Of a stretch of 44,458 bases of DNA, positions 1-8,281 are shown one piece after another; positions within the stretch are counted from its first letter, which is position 1, and every line of letters begins with the position of its first letter. This DNA is from a virus (lineage: Duplodnaviria > Caudoviricetes), in the IMG/VR virus record IMGVR_UViG_3300038603_000003, positions 1 through 44,458 of that record; one strand, written 5' to 3'. The notes below the pieces were generated by a model, which ran no database searches, was not told where the DNA came from, and worked only from the letters and a program-made list of their open reading frames with translations. Both the position numbers and the translations under genes were made by a program.

Positions 1-393
1 AATCTGAGTGGTGCGGATCTGAGACGGGCGAATCTGAGGGGTGCGGATCTTGAAGGTGCGGATCTGAGTGGTGTGAATCTTCCCCACTTCAAAATCTGTC
101 CAGAGGTGGGATCTTTTCGTGCGTTCAAGAAAACCACAGCGGGTGTGATCGAGATTGAAATCCCAAGTAAAGCAAAGAGAACGAATTCTTTGATAGGCCG
201 CAAGTGTCGAGCAGAGTACGTTAAGGTAATCGGTGGTACTGGTGTCGGTGGTAAGAGTCCGACACACGGTGAATTGGTGTACAACAAAGGAGATATCGTC
301 CGTGCAGATAAGTACGATGATGATATCCGTGTTGAATGCACAGGTGGTATTCATTTCTTTATGACAAAAGCTGAGGCCGAAGAGTACCGATAA
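1..393 (+). CDS. Pentapeptide-repeat protein with C-terminal DUF5758-like domain (5' truncated by window edge)
   Basis: Frame 1 is open from base 1 and reads [28 protein letters not shown] (A[D/N]Lxx repeats). It continues into the 73..393 ORF with GRKCRA and ECTGGIHFF motifs typical of such phage proteins. Confidence 0.8.
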   Translation, partial: NLSGADLRRANLRGADLEGADLSGVNLPHFKICPEVGSFRAFKKTTAGVIEIEIPSKAKRTNSLIGRKCRAEYVKVIGGTGVGGKSPTHGELVYNKGDIVRADKYDDDIRVECTGGIHFFMTKAEAEEYR

Positions 394-464
394 AAATACT
401 ATCATCGTTCTGATACATATGTATCGGGGCAAACATTAATGTTCAAATCTCAAAGGAGAGTACT

Positions 465-776
465 ATGGACACTCAAATCAAACGTAAGTTCAACAACAAA
501 CCTAGTAAACGTAAAGTCCAACACTGGTCTGATTTACTCCCACGTAATTGTCACCCTAAATCACGGGTGGGTATGACTGTGGAGCAGTTCGTCCGTCAGT
601 GTGCCCATAACTTTGCTGAGCGTACAGCAGTTCAATCTGAACTCGACGCTAACCCAAGCAAACCTCGTGCGGCGTACCTGAGTAATCAGATGCGTAAGCT
701 ATTGAATGAGAAGAACTTCTTTGAGTCAATCAAGATCGAGTTCTTCATTCGTCCTGAACATAACTTTGTACTTTAG
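465..776 (+). CDS. Hypothetical basic early protein
   Basis: 103 aa ORF with AAGGAG RBS upstream. Confidence 0.75.
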   Translation: MDTQIKRKFNNKPSKRKVQHWSDLLPRNCHPKSRVGMTVEQFVRQCAHNFAERTAVQSELDANPSKPRAAYLSNQMRKLLNEKNFFESIKIEFFIRPEHNFVL

Positions 777-784
777 GGGGTAAT

Positions 785-1231
785 ATGATTGATTTAATTG
801 GATTCTGGTCAGGTGTGACACTGTACACGTTCTTACTGTTACTTATTCCCGCTTGGTGTTTTGTTGTCGTCGTTGATCTCTGGGTTCGCCGAATTACGGA
901 TGGTGATGTCCCTGAGTTTTTAAACAACAAACTGGAACCGTACTTACGTAAGATCGGGTACTTTAAAAAAGACTACAGCTGCCCGCGTCTGAGCGCAGTG
1001 TTCTACTTCTTCCACTATTTGTCAGTGGTCGGCTTAATCCTTACAACTGTTTCCTACATACAGGAAGGGCAGAGTTACGTAGACTCTGCGATTGTCTTCG
1101 CAACAATTGCACCACCCTTCTTTGCTTGGATTACGATTGTGGGTGGGGCACTGATCGCTCTTGATGGTTGTGCTAAGAAGATCTACAAGCTTGGGAAGAA
1201 GCTGAACAAGGCGCTTAGTAATGAAAACTAA
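785..1231 (+). CDS. Hypothetical membrane protein (about 3 TM segments)
   Basis: 148 aa ORF, AGGGGG RBS, three long hydrophobic stretches. Confidence 0.75.
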   Translation: MIDLIGFWSGVTLYTFLLLLIPAWCFVVVVDLWVRRITDGDVPEFLNNKLEPYLRKIGYFKKDYSCPRLSAVFYFFHYLSVVGLILTTVSYIQEGQSYVDSAIVFATIAPPFFAWITIVGGALIALDGCAKKIYKLGKKLNKALSNEN

Positions 1232-1430
1232 GATTGAAGGTTGGATGCAGGATTTGTACACACCTAAGATGCTGGGTATTCAGGCATTCTGGGTGTTCGT
1301 GTTTGTTGTGGCTATCAACATCATAGGTGCTGTGTTAATAGCTATCCCTCTCGTACTTGCTGTAGTTTCAGGTGTGTATTTAATTAAATTAAAGGTAAAT
1401 AAATGGAAAACAACGAAAACAAAACATTAG
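1221..1430 (+). CDS. Small membrane protein (about 2 TM segments)
   Basis: 69 aa, hydrophobic core with basic tail, overlaps both neighbours. Confidence 0.65.
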   Translation: MKTKIEGWMQDLYTPKMLGIQAFWVFVFVVAINIIGAVLIAIPLVLAVVSGVYLIKLKVNKWKTTKTKH

Positions 1431-1792
1431 TCGCCGTGTATGGCTCTCTTCGACAGGGAATGGGCAACCATCGTTTGCTAGAGGGTCAGGATTTCTTAGG
1501 TAAGACTACAGTGTCTGGTTTCAGTATGTACCGTTACTGCAACGGATATCCTGCGTGCATCCTTGATGGAGGTACTAATACTATCATCACTGAAGTGTAC
1601 AGCGTTGATGATTCGTGCTTTGCAAGTTTGGATATGTTGGAAGGTTACCCATCGTTCTATAACCGCAGTCAGGTTAAGACTGAACTAGGTGAAGTTTGGG
1701 TATATCACATGAGTGAGGATGGCGTAGGAGATGCTCCCTTGATTCCATCAGGTGATTGGGTAGATGACTACACTGACCGTATGACTTGGTGA
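1403..1792 (+). CDS. Gamma-glutamylcyclotransferase (GGCT/AIG2-like, YtfP family)
   Basis: VAVYGSLRQG..NH N-terminal motif, LDMLEGYP with catalytic Glu, IPSGDW C-terminal motif. Confidence 0.93.
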   Translation: MENNENKTLVAVYGSLRQGMGNHRLLEGQDFLGKTTVSGFSMYRYCNGYPACILDGGTNTIITEVYSVDDSCFASLDMLEGYPSFYNRSQVKTELGEVWVYHMSEDGVGDAPLIPSGDWVDDYTDRMTW

Positions 1793-1821
1793 TACTTTCT
1801 TAGGTATAACTGTATAACATT

Positions 1822-1842
1822 CCCCCGCAGGGGGTATAATTT
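1822..1842 (+). terminator. Short GC hairpin CCCCC-GCA-GGGGG followed by TATAATTT; possible terminator
   Basis: Perfect 5-bp GC stem in the intergenic gap after GGCT; weak U-tract. Confidence 0.4.
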
Positions 1843-1867
1843 AGACAACAGAAACGAGGAAAAGTTC
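1841..1867 (-). promoter_or_regulatory. sigmaE/AlgU-type promoter, antisense to the early genes
   Basis: Minus strand reads GAACTT-TTCCTCGTTTCTGTTG(16)-TCTAA. Confidence 0.7.
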
Positions 1868-1868
1868 C

Positions 1869-2771
1869 ATGAGTTTCGAAAAAAAGTTCAAAGAGTTTTT
1901 GGAGAAGCCCACCCTTGCTGGCAAACTCTCCGATTTATCCTTATCTAACGTTAGGAGAGTTGCGGCGTCGAACAAGTTCTTCAGGAGCTACAGTATCTAC
2001 GATAAGCAGAACACTGACCATAATACAACATTCTCGACAACAATCTATACCGACAATGGCCGTAAGGTTGTGTACGAACACACTTGCCCCAAACACTGTT
2101 GCTATGGCGGTTTTATCAACGCACGCCGATGGTTTGAGTTAGAAACTGACGAACGTATTATGTGCATCCAAGTTCCAACACACGAACTAAATAAGGATGT
2201 TCTGGAGTTAGTAGTGAAATCTCCCGCGCTCCGTGCCCTCCTTTACACAACAGACCTTCGAGTTATTAAATCAAGGGGGCTTTTGTTCAGGACTGACGTA
2301 GGAGACTGTGTTATGCTTATGTGTGTGATACGTGATGTGAGGGACTGCTGCCGAGACCCTAATTCTTTCAGACGAGGTGTACGTGTATCCCCATTCTTGG
2401 TGTATGCTGACCCGTCTTCACCCCAACATCAGACAGATCTCAGTGTTTGCGATTCTGCTTCGTTTTGGGAACTAATAGTCCCCTTCAAAGAGAGAACAAG
2501 TCGGTTCATAGAATGGTGCGAGGAGAAAGATATCAACCCAGATGATGTGCTGATGTACAGCGACAGGTATCATACTTCATTTCGCGAGGTAGGTGGTTAT
2601 CTCTTAGGTTCGCATCATCTTATTGACAAACTATCCGTCAAGGTACCCAACAGGTATGGTGGTCGGTACGGGGAGAGCACCACAGGACGTATCCATCAGC
2701 TAATGTTATCAACAACCCCTGCGAACGTTAAATACTTCCGTTTGCTTAAAAATTTTATGGAGGGACAATAA
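1869..2771 (+). CDS. Hypothetical Cys-rich protein, first gene of peptide-ligase operon
   Basis: 300 aa ORF, GAGGA RBS, TAATG overlap with next gene; no family recognised. Confidence 0.75.
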   Translation: MSFEKKFKEFLEKPTLAGKLSDLSLSNVRRVAASNKFFRSYSIYDKQNTDHNTTFSTTIYTDNGRKVVYEHTCPKHCCYGGFINARRWFELETDERIMCIQVPTHELNKDVLELVVKSPALRALLYTTDLRVIKSRGLLFRTDVGDCVMLMCVIRDVRDCCRDPNSFRRGVRVSPFLVYADPSSPQHQTDLSVCDSASFWELIVPFKERTSRFIEWCEEKDINPDDVLMYSDRYHTSFREVGGYLLGSHHLIDKLSVKVPNRYGGRYGESTTGRIHQLMLSTTPANVKYFRLLKNFMEGQ

Positions 2772-3472
2772 TGCATATTGTTTTAATATCCCCAACCAAA
2801 CAATTGGTATCTTGGTTCGCGGAAGAGTTCCAAGTAACCGAAGTTCGTCATACCTGTGAACTTAAGAGCATCACAGCCCGTCTCCCTGAGTTCGATGCTG
2901 TTGTATTCTGTGATGGAGAGAAAGTTCCTGCATCAATGTTCAATCAGCACAAACACTCTTGCTCTAGATCCACCGAAGGTGAACGTGAAGATTTCGAAAC
3001 TAACCTTTACTGGGAAGCACTTCGAATCGAGATGCCCTGCATTGGTATGCAACGAGGTGCAACATTTCTCTCCGTACATAACGCGGCAGATGTGTTCCAG
3101 TTCGTATCAGGGCACATGACAGGGCATCGAATAAAGACAACATGTGGTGGCGATTTTGTTGCAGACAGCGCCCATAATGATATGGTAGATCTCAGAGATT
3201 TCACAGATGGAGAGGACGTAGAGATACATGCTTGGGCAGAAGATGTTGCAAAAAACTTCGAAAAGATGACCCCACTTCCGAGCGAAAAGGCAGAAAAGCT
3301 TTGCACCCTCAGCTCTGCTATCAAAAAAGAGCCGGAGGTTTGGTCTTTCCCTTACACAAAAACGCTATGTATTCAAGGTAAGCCCGAGTCTTACATTGCA
3401 ACACCTATGTACAAAAAGTACTGTATGGATTTAGTTAAGAAAACAATTGGAGTAGAAAAATGTGCGGATTAG
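2771..3472 (+). CDS. Class I glutamine amidotransferase / peptidase C26 (PuuD-like) homolog, probably catalytically inactive
   Basis: Fold motifs DAVVFCDG, PCIGMQRGATFL (cf. GICRG), SAHNDMV (cf. S.HHQ), CIQGKPE (cf. QxHPE). Confidence 0.75.
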   Translation: MHIVLISPTKQLVSWFAEEFQVTEVRHTCELKSITARLPEFDAVVFCDGEKVPASMFNQHKHSCSRSTEGEREDFETNLYWEALRIEMPCIGMQRGATFLSVHNAADVFQFVSGHMTGHRIKTTCGGDFVADSAHNDMVDLRDFTDGEDVEIHAWAEDVAKNFEKMTPLPSEKAEKLCTLSSAIKKEPEVWSFPYTKTLCIQGKPESYIATPMYKKYCMDLVKKTIGVEKCAD

Positions 3473-4602
3473 TTGGAATCATTGGAGAATCAGATAACAA
3501 AGCAACACTTGATATGTTCAAGTACATGCTGTTCTTCGATACCTTACGTGGTTGGGATAGCACAGGTGTGTTCACTGTAAACAAGGTGACAGATGGTGTC
3601 AGTATTATCAAGAAGGCTATGCCAGCTCCGGACTTTATCCAAATGCCTAGTGTTCGCAAGATACTTACAGCACCAACTGCGTATGCAGGTGAACGCTACT
3701 CAGCAATGATTGGACATAACCGAGCAGCTACTGTTGGTGATGTGAACTCTGTTAACGCTCACCCTTTCGATCACGGAGACATTACGTTGGTACATAACGG
3801 CACTCTTCGTAATGAACGTATTCTTGATTCGTATGCAGTACATGATGTTGACAGTGAGATGCTGTGTGACGACTTTAATCGTAATGGTTGGAAAGATACT
3901 ATCGAGAAAACAGTAGGTGCGTATGCCCTTATCTGGAACGACGCATCAGACAACACAATCAATATCTTGCGAAACGCAGAAAGACCTTTACACATCGCTA
4001 TCTGTTACAGAAAAGGCAGTCAACCTAACACCATGATTGGTAAACCTTTCGTAGCAGTTGCTAGCGAGTCATGGATGTTGACAGCCGCCGCTGAGCGCGC
4101 AGGTATTACCATTGAAGGTAAGCCGGAACTGATCCCTACCTGCAAAAAGCTGACCTTCGACCTTGATGATATGTGTCGAAAAGATCTAGATGTTGGTAAC
4201 ATCCTTAATAACGTCACTTCTGAAGGGTTCGAGGAGGCATTGTATACGTCGGGAAAGTCGGAAACTACCGCGACGACCCTTGGGCGTGGCAAGACATCTG
4301 GGACTAGTCAAACATCTGGCGTGGTAACTTCTTTCAGATTCACTCCTGAGTCTGCTGAGCAAAGCCACAAGTCAGGTGAGTACATCTGTTACGGCAAGAT
4401 GCCGAGTGGTACTGAAGTTCGCTGTTATGTTGATAAAAAACTCGCTTCAGAAATCACTGACAAGAAAATCTTGACCATAACTGCGGAGCGTATTGGCTCT
4501 ATTCGAAACAAAGGGGAAGACAAAGAGATCATGTTGCTAGATGCTTCTGTCAAGTACACGACGGTGTACAGATCTTCGGCGACCCCTGATTCAAAAAAGT
4601 AA
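3460..4602 (+). CDS. Class II (Ntn) glutamine amidotransferase
   Basis: N-terminal MCGLVG (Cys1 nucleophile), RGWDSTG, GHNRAATVG, NAHPF, VHNGTL, DVDSE motifs. Confidence 0.93.
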   Translation: MCGLVGIIGESDNKATLDMFKYMLFFDTLRGWDSTGVFTVNKVTDGVSIIKKAMPAPDFIQMPSVRKILTAPTAYAGERYSAMIGHNRAATVGDVNSVNAHPFDHGDITLVHNGTLRNERILDSYAVHDVDSEMLCDDFNRNGWKDTIEKTVGAYALIWNDASDNTINILRNAERPLHIAICYRKGSQPNTMIGKPFVAVASESWMLTAAAERAGITIEGKPELIPTCKKLTFDLDDMCRKDLDVGNILNNVTSEGFEEALYTSGKSETTATTLGRGKTSGTSQTSGVVTSFRFTPESAEQSHKSGEYICYGKMPSGTEVRCYVDKKLASEITDKKILTITAERIGSIRNKGEDKEIMLLDASVKYTTVYRSSATPDSKK

Positions 4603-4651
4603 CAACCCCGAACCTCCCTGTTCCCGCAGACCACAGAAGAGGTTACCGGGG
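4593..4651 (+). promoter_or_regulatory. Candidate programmed -1 ribosomal frameshift signal
   Basis: In-frame A_AAA_AAG immediately before TAA, 6-nt spacer, then stem CCCCG-AACCTC...GAGGTT-AC-CGGGG. The -1 frame is open to 4835. Confidence 0.75.
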
Positions 4652-4658
4652 GATACTG

Positions 4659-4835
4659 ATGCCAATGAAGGAATTCCGAGAAGCTGCTAAACACGGCTGT
4701 GGTATGTGTACCGTCCAAGCTGAAGTCCTTGATGACGATCAAATGACTTGGACTTCACCGAATTCTTTCTTATGTAACACTTGTTTCCAAGAAGAGTACA
4801 GTCAGTTTGTACAGTGCTCTTACAAAACACATTAG
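4659..4835 (+). CDS. Small Zn-binding (CxxC...CxxC) domain; likely the frameshift extension of the amidotransferase
   Basis: 58 aa ORF missing from the track: MPMKEFREAAKHGCGMC...FLCNTCFQEEYSQFVQCSYKTH. The frame is open back to the slippery site. Confidence 0.7.
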   Translation: MPMKEFREAAKHGCGMCTVQAEVLDDDQMTWTSPNSFLCNTCFQEEYSQFVQCSYKTH

Positions 4836-4843
4836 GAATTACT

Positions 4844-5638
4844 ATGTTTGATAATATTTTAATAGGCGCAGACCCCGAGGTTTTTGTTGTCAACCCAGAT
4901 AACGAGTTCGTCTCAGCAGGTGGTATGGTGTCCGGTACAAAAGATAAACCACACTTTGTGGACAAAGGGGCTGTTCAGGTCGATGGTATGGCACTAGAGT
5001 TCAACATCGAACCTGCAAAAAATGTCACGGAGTTCGTTTCAAACATCGAGACTGTGTATGCTCAGCTTCGAGAAATGATCCCTCCCACCTTAACCTTCTC
5101 AGATAAGTGTACAGCTAAGTTCAATGAAGATTCCTTCAAAGCTCGCCCACAAGAGGAGAAGGTGCTTGGTTGTGAATCAGACTACAACGCCTACACAGGT
5201 CAGCGAAACGATCACCCTAACCAGAACAGACCTATGCGAACAGCAGGTGGCCACATCCATATCGGATGGAGAGATCCAGATTATGTGGACGAAGAGCATG
5301 AAGAACAATGCCGTCGAGTAGCCAAAGCTTGTGATTTGTTTATCGGCCTCCCTTCTGTCCTGTTCGATGATGATGCAGAACGTCGAAGCATGTACGGAAA
5401 AGCAGGTGCGTACCGAGCTAAGGAGTACGGTGTCGAATACCGAACTCTCAGCAATGCTTGGTTGCATGACAAAAAAATTCAGGAGTTCTTGTACAGTAAC
5501 ATCGAAAAAATGTTCGAATCCGAAGAGATGTGGGATTATGTACAGCATCGAGACGTGATTGATGCCATCAATTGTTCTGATAAGGGCTTAGCCAAGACCC
5601 TTTTAGAGATGTACGGTGTACCTTACTTGGAGAAATAA
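4844..5638 (+). CDS. Phage phiEco32-like COOH-NH2 ligase type 2
   Basis: IGADPEVF, VQVDGMALEFNI, GCESDYNAY, RTAGGHIHIG, RRSMYGKAGAYR, YGVEYRTLSN motifs. Start placed at ATG 4844 after TAGGA. Confidence 0.9.
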   Translation: MFDNILIGADPEVFVVNPDNEFVSAGGMVSGTKDKPHFVDKGAVQVDGMALEFNIEPAKNVTEFVSNIETVYAQLREMIPPTLTFSDKCTAKFNEDSFKARPQEEKVLGCESDYNAYTGQRNDHPNQNRPMRTAGGHIHIGWRDPDYVDEEHEEQCRRVAKACDLFIGLPSVLFDDDAERRSMYGKAGAYRAKEYGVEYRTLSNAWLHDKKIQEFLYSNIEKMFESEEMWDYVQHRDVIDAINCSDKGLAKTLLEMYGVPYLEK

Positions 5639-6451
5639 ATGAAGTTCAGTAACTTATCTGATTTTCAAAGCAGATACTGTGGTGTGTTTGTCCTCTTCGA
5701 AGGCGAACCCGTATATGTTCAGGATGTTTCTTGGAGAAATGAAGATCTAGAAGAGGTGTGTTTTCATACAATGAACGACAACTCAGATTCGAAGGTCTTC
5801 TACCCCTTCCGAGAAGATTGTGATGTTGTTCTTGATGCCGACCACAGCTTCTACATCAAAGCAAACAATAGTTTGTATTACATGTCACGCACAGCCAGAA
5901 AGCGTTGGAAACAGGGCTTCTGCCATGACTCTTACACAGGTATGTGTTTAGATCGAGGACTACGAACTCCTGCTCGACAGCCTGACAGCGGTTGGTCACT
6001 AGCAAGGAATTTCTTTACACAAGATTTCACAGAAGAACGCACCCTAGGTCGAGACACTATCTTGTCCCATGAAGTAGCTTATGACAAGCACGGACACTTG
6101 TACGTCAAAGGCCGTCCGGTGGGTAATATCTATCTAGGGGATGACGGCTTGGTGGCTAAGATCTTCCCCGAGTTCTTACGACTCTCCAGATGCCTACGGA
6201 CTGTGGGTCTTGAGGTTGAAGCTCACAGAAGAACTCGTTCTGAACTAGCCAGAACATTCACAGTAGCGGATCTGGATCGCCTTGGTGTTGAAGAGACTTT
6301 GATTCAAGAAATACTATCATCATTTTCAAACCAAACAGAGGACACTTCCGCTGGAAGGGGGGAACCTCGAAGCTCTCACCTCCGACGAGATCCTTTTAGC
6401 GTCAACACCAATCCAATAATATGGGAGATGCAAAATGCTAGACCAACTTAA
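5639..6451 (+). CDS. Hypothetical protein within peptide-ligase operon
   Basis: 270 aa ORF, GGAG RBS, tightly packed between two ligase genes. Confidence 0.75.
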   Translation: MKFSNLSDFQSRYCGVFVLFEGEPVYVQDVSWRNEDLEEVCFHTMNDNSDSKVFYPFREDCDVVLDADHSFYIKANNSLYYMSRTARKRWKQGFCHDSYTGMCLDRGLRTPARQPDSGWSLARNFFTQDFTEERTLGRDTILSHEVAYDKHGHLYVKGRPVGNIYLGDDGLVAKIFPEFLRLSRCLRTVGLEVEAHRRTRSELARTFTVADLDRLGVEETLIQEILSSFSNQTEDTSAGRGEPRSSHLRRDPFSVNTNPIIWEMQNARPT

Positions 6452-7298
6452 ATCCTTGACAGTTCAGGAGGTTACGGGATGCCGCCCTCCTCAGCAACCT
6501 CGTGGTTTGAACAAGAGTTCTAAAGTGTTCACAGATTGTCTAATCGGTCTGGAGTTCGAACTCGAAGGTATGCCGTACAATGAGGTTCTTGGGAAACTCT
6601 CACCAACCTTTAACAAATACTGGTCGGTTCATCAGGACGGTTCGTTACGCAACAACGGTGTTGAGTTCGTCCTATCCCGTCCAAGACTCGGGGCAGGTAT
6701 CAGCACTGCACTCACATCCTTGATGTCATTGATCGGACGCATGGAAGATCAACCAAGCTGTTCTCAGTACACAAGCACACACGTTCACTTAGATGTGTCT
6801 CAGATGAAGGTGTACGATTATCTTAAGTTCTTGTTTGTGTACAGATACTTCGACGAAGCTCTGACTTTGAGCCAAGGCGAACACCGATACGGAAATCTGT
6901 ACTGCCTTACGTTCTCTCAAGCCAATGGAGGTTTCCATCAACTCCGTCGGGTTATTGAAGATCCATATCGTGGGATGACTGATTTCAGTATGGAGCGACA
7001 CAAGTACGGTTCGTGCAACCTAGCGACTCCCCTTGCTTACGGTTCTCTCGAATTCCGTGCTATGGGTGGCTGTATTGACAAGGATCAAGCTCTCCAGTGG
7101 ATCAACACTCTGTGTCAAATCAAGATGTTTGCAGAAACGCTAGAGTCTTGGGAAGATGTTCTAGATCTTGGAGACTTAAGTATCCCTGATCTCTGGGAGA
7201 CAGCAGGTCTTAAAGACAGCCCCTTCCAGAGCTTTATGACTGAAGAACAACTGATTGATGCACAATCAGACATTGTGCTAGTGACAGCAGGAGATTAA
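6435..7298 (+). CDS. Putative amidoligase (Amidoligase_2-like COOH-NH2 ligase)
   Basis: IGLEFELE, HQDGSLR, GVEFV, TSTHVHLD, SLEFR motifs. Confidence 0.88.
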   Translation: MLDQLKSLTVQEVTGCRPPQQPRGLNKSSKVFTDCLIGLEFELEGMPYNEVLGKLSPTFNKYWSVHQDGSLRNNGVEFVLSRPRLGAGISTALTSLMSLIGRMEDQPSCSQYTSTHVHLDVSQMKVYDYLKFLFVYRYFDEALTLSQGEHRYGNLYCLTFSQANGGFHQLRRVIEDPYRGMTDFSMERHKYGSCNLATPLAYGSLEFRAMGGCIDKDQALQWINTLCQIKMFAETLESWEDVLDLGDLSIPDLWETAGLKDSPFQSFMTEEQLIDAQSDIVLVTAGD

Positions 7299-7299
7299 A

Positions 7300-8076
7300 A
7301 TGCCCTATGTATTACCGTACAACCAAGGTTCACAGAGTGCCAAGGCTTTGGCGCAAGAGTTGGGATTCAAGCGAATCAAACTCCGCAACAGCCGATTCAA
7401 TCCGATTACTCGTAATGGATTCCCCAAGAAAGTTATCAACTGGGGAGCCAATACATTGCCGGAGAACCTTCAGGGTGTGAAAATCCTGAACCATCCAGAT
7501 GCCTGTACAAGAGCCTGTAACAAGCTCACAGCCTTCGAAACACTTCAGGGCAAGGTAAGTATCCCTGAGTTCACTACAGACCGTGAGAAGGCTACTGAGT
7601 GGCTAGAACAAGGTAAGATTGTAGTGGAACGCCACTTATTACGAGCTAACTCAGGACGGGGTATTCGAATTGTCGAGAACAAGGAAGATCTTCAGGATGC
7701 TCCTCTGTATGTGATGTACGTCAAGAAGAAACATGAGTTCCGAATCCATGTATTCAATGGTGAGTGCTTCGATATCCAAGCCAAGAAGCGCAAGAACGAA
7801 GTCCCTGACGAGCAGGTCAACTGGCAGGTACGTAACTTAGATGGTGGTTTTATCTTTGCACGAGAAGGTATCGCACTGATTAACATGCCACCTGAGCTAC
7901 TGGATGACTGCGAAAAGGCAGTAACTGAGTTAGGTCTGGACTTCGGTGCAGTTGATGTGGCTTGGAATGAGCGAGAGCAGAAAGGGTATATCCTCGAAGT
8001 GAACACAGCATGTGGTCTTGAGGGTACGACTTTAGATAATTATGTTAACAAGTTCAAGGAGTTCTATCGGATTTAA
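7300..8076 (+). CDS. ATP-grasp peptide ligase (RimK/glutathione synthetase-like)
   Basis: INWG, NK, SGRGI, EFRIHV, LGLDFGAVDV, ILEVNTACG motifs. Confidence 0.9.
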   Translation: MPYVLPYNQGSQSAKALAQELGFKRIKLRNSRFNPITRNGFPKKVINWGANTLPENLQGVKILNHPDACTRACNKLTAFETLQGKVSIPEFTTDREKATEWLEQGKIVVERHLLRANSGRGIRIVENKEDLQDAPLYVMYVKKKHEFRIHVFNGECFDIQAKKRKNEVPDEQVNWQVRNLDGGFIFAREGIALINMPPELLDDCEKAVTELGLDFGAVDVAWNEREQKGYILEVNTACGLEGTTLDNYVNKFKEFYRI

Positions 8077-8085
8077 TATTCCATT

Positions 8086-8112
8086 GAACTTTTTAGGAGG
8101 ACGTATGTCTAA
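8086..8112 (+). promoter_or_regulatory. sigmaE/AlgU-type promoter upstream of replication genes
   Basis: GAACTT-TTTAGGAGGACGTATG(16)-TCTAA. Confidence 0.7.
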
Positions 8113-8281
8113 ATCTAAAGGGGTTATTAACAAGAGTGCTGTAAAGAAAAAACTTCAGCAAGAATTAACCGAGGCTCGTCGATATGAACGAGATACTCGA
8201 AGAGAGCATGAGTTCGCACAGCAAGGTGTCGAATGTATTGTACAACAAATAATTGAATTGGATAAAGAAAATGAATCCTGA
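8105..8281 (+). CDS. Small coiled-coil protein
   Basis: ATG 8105 preceded by AGGAGG; MSKSKG...ELDKENES. Confidence 0.7.
   Translation: MSKSKGVINKSAVKKKLQQELTEARRYERDTRREHEFAQQGVECIVQQIIELDKENES

Noticed and set aside
1878-1886. In-frame A_AAA_AAG near the start of gene 1869
   Set aside because: It lies in the first few codons with no evident downstream hairpin; no reason to infer recoding.
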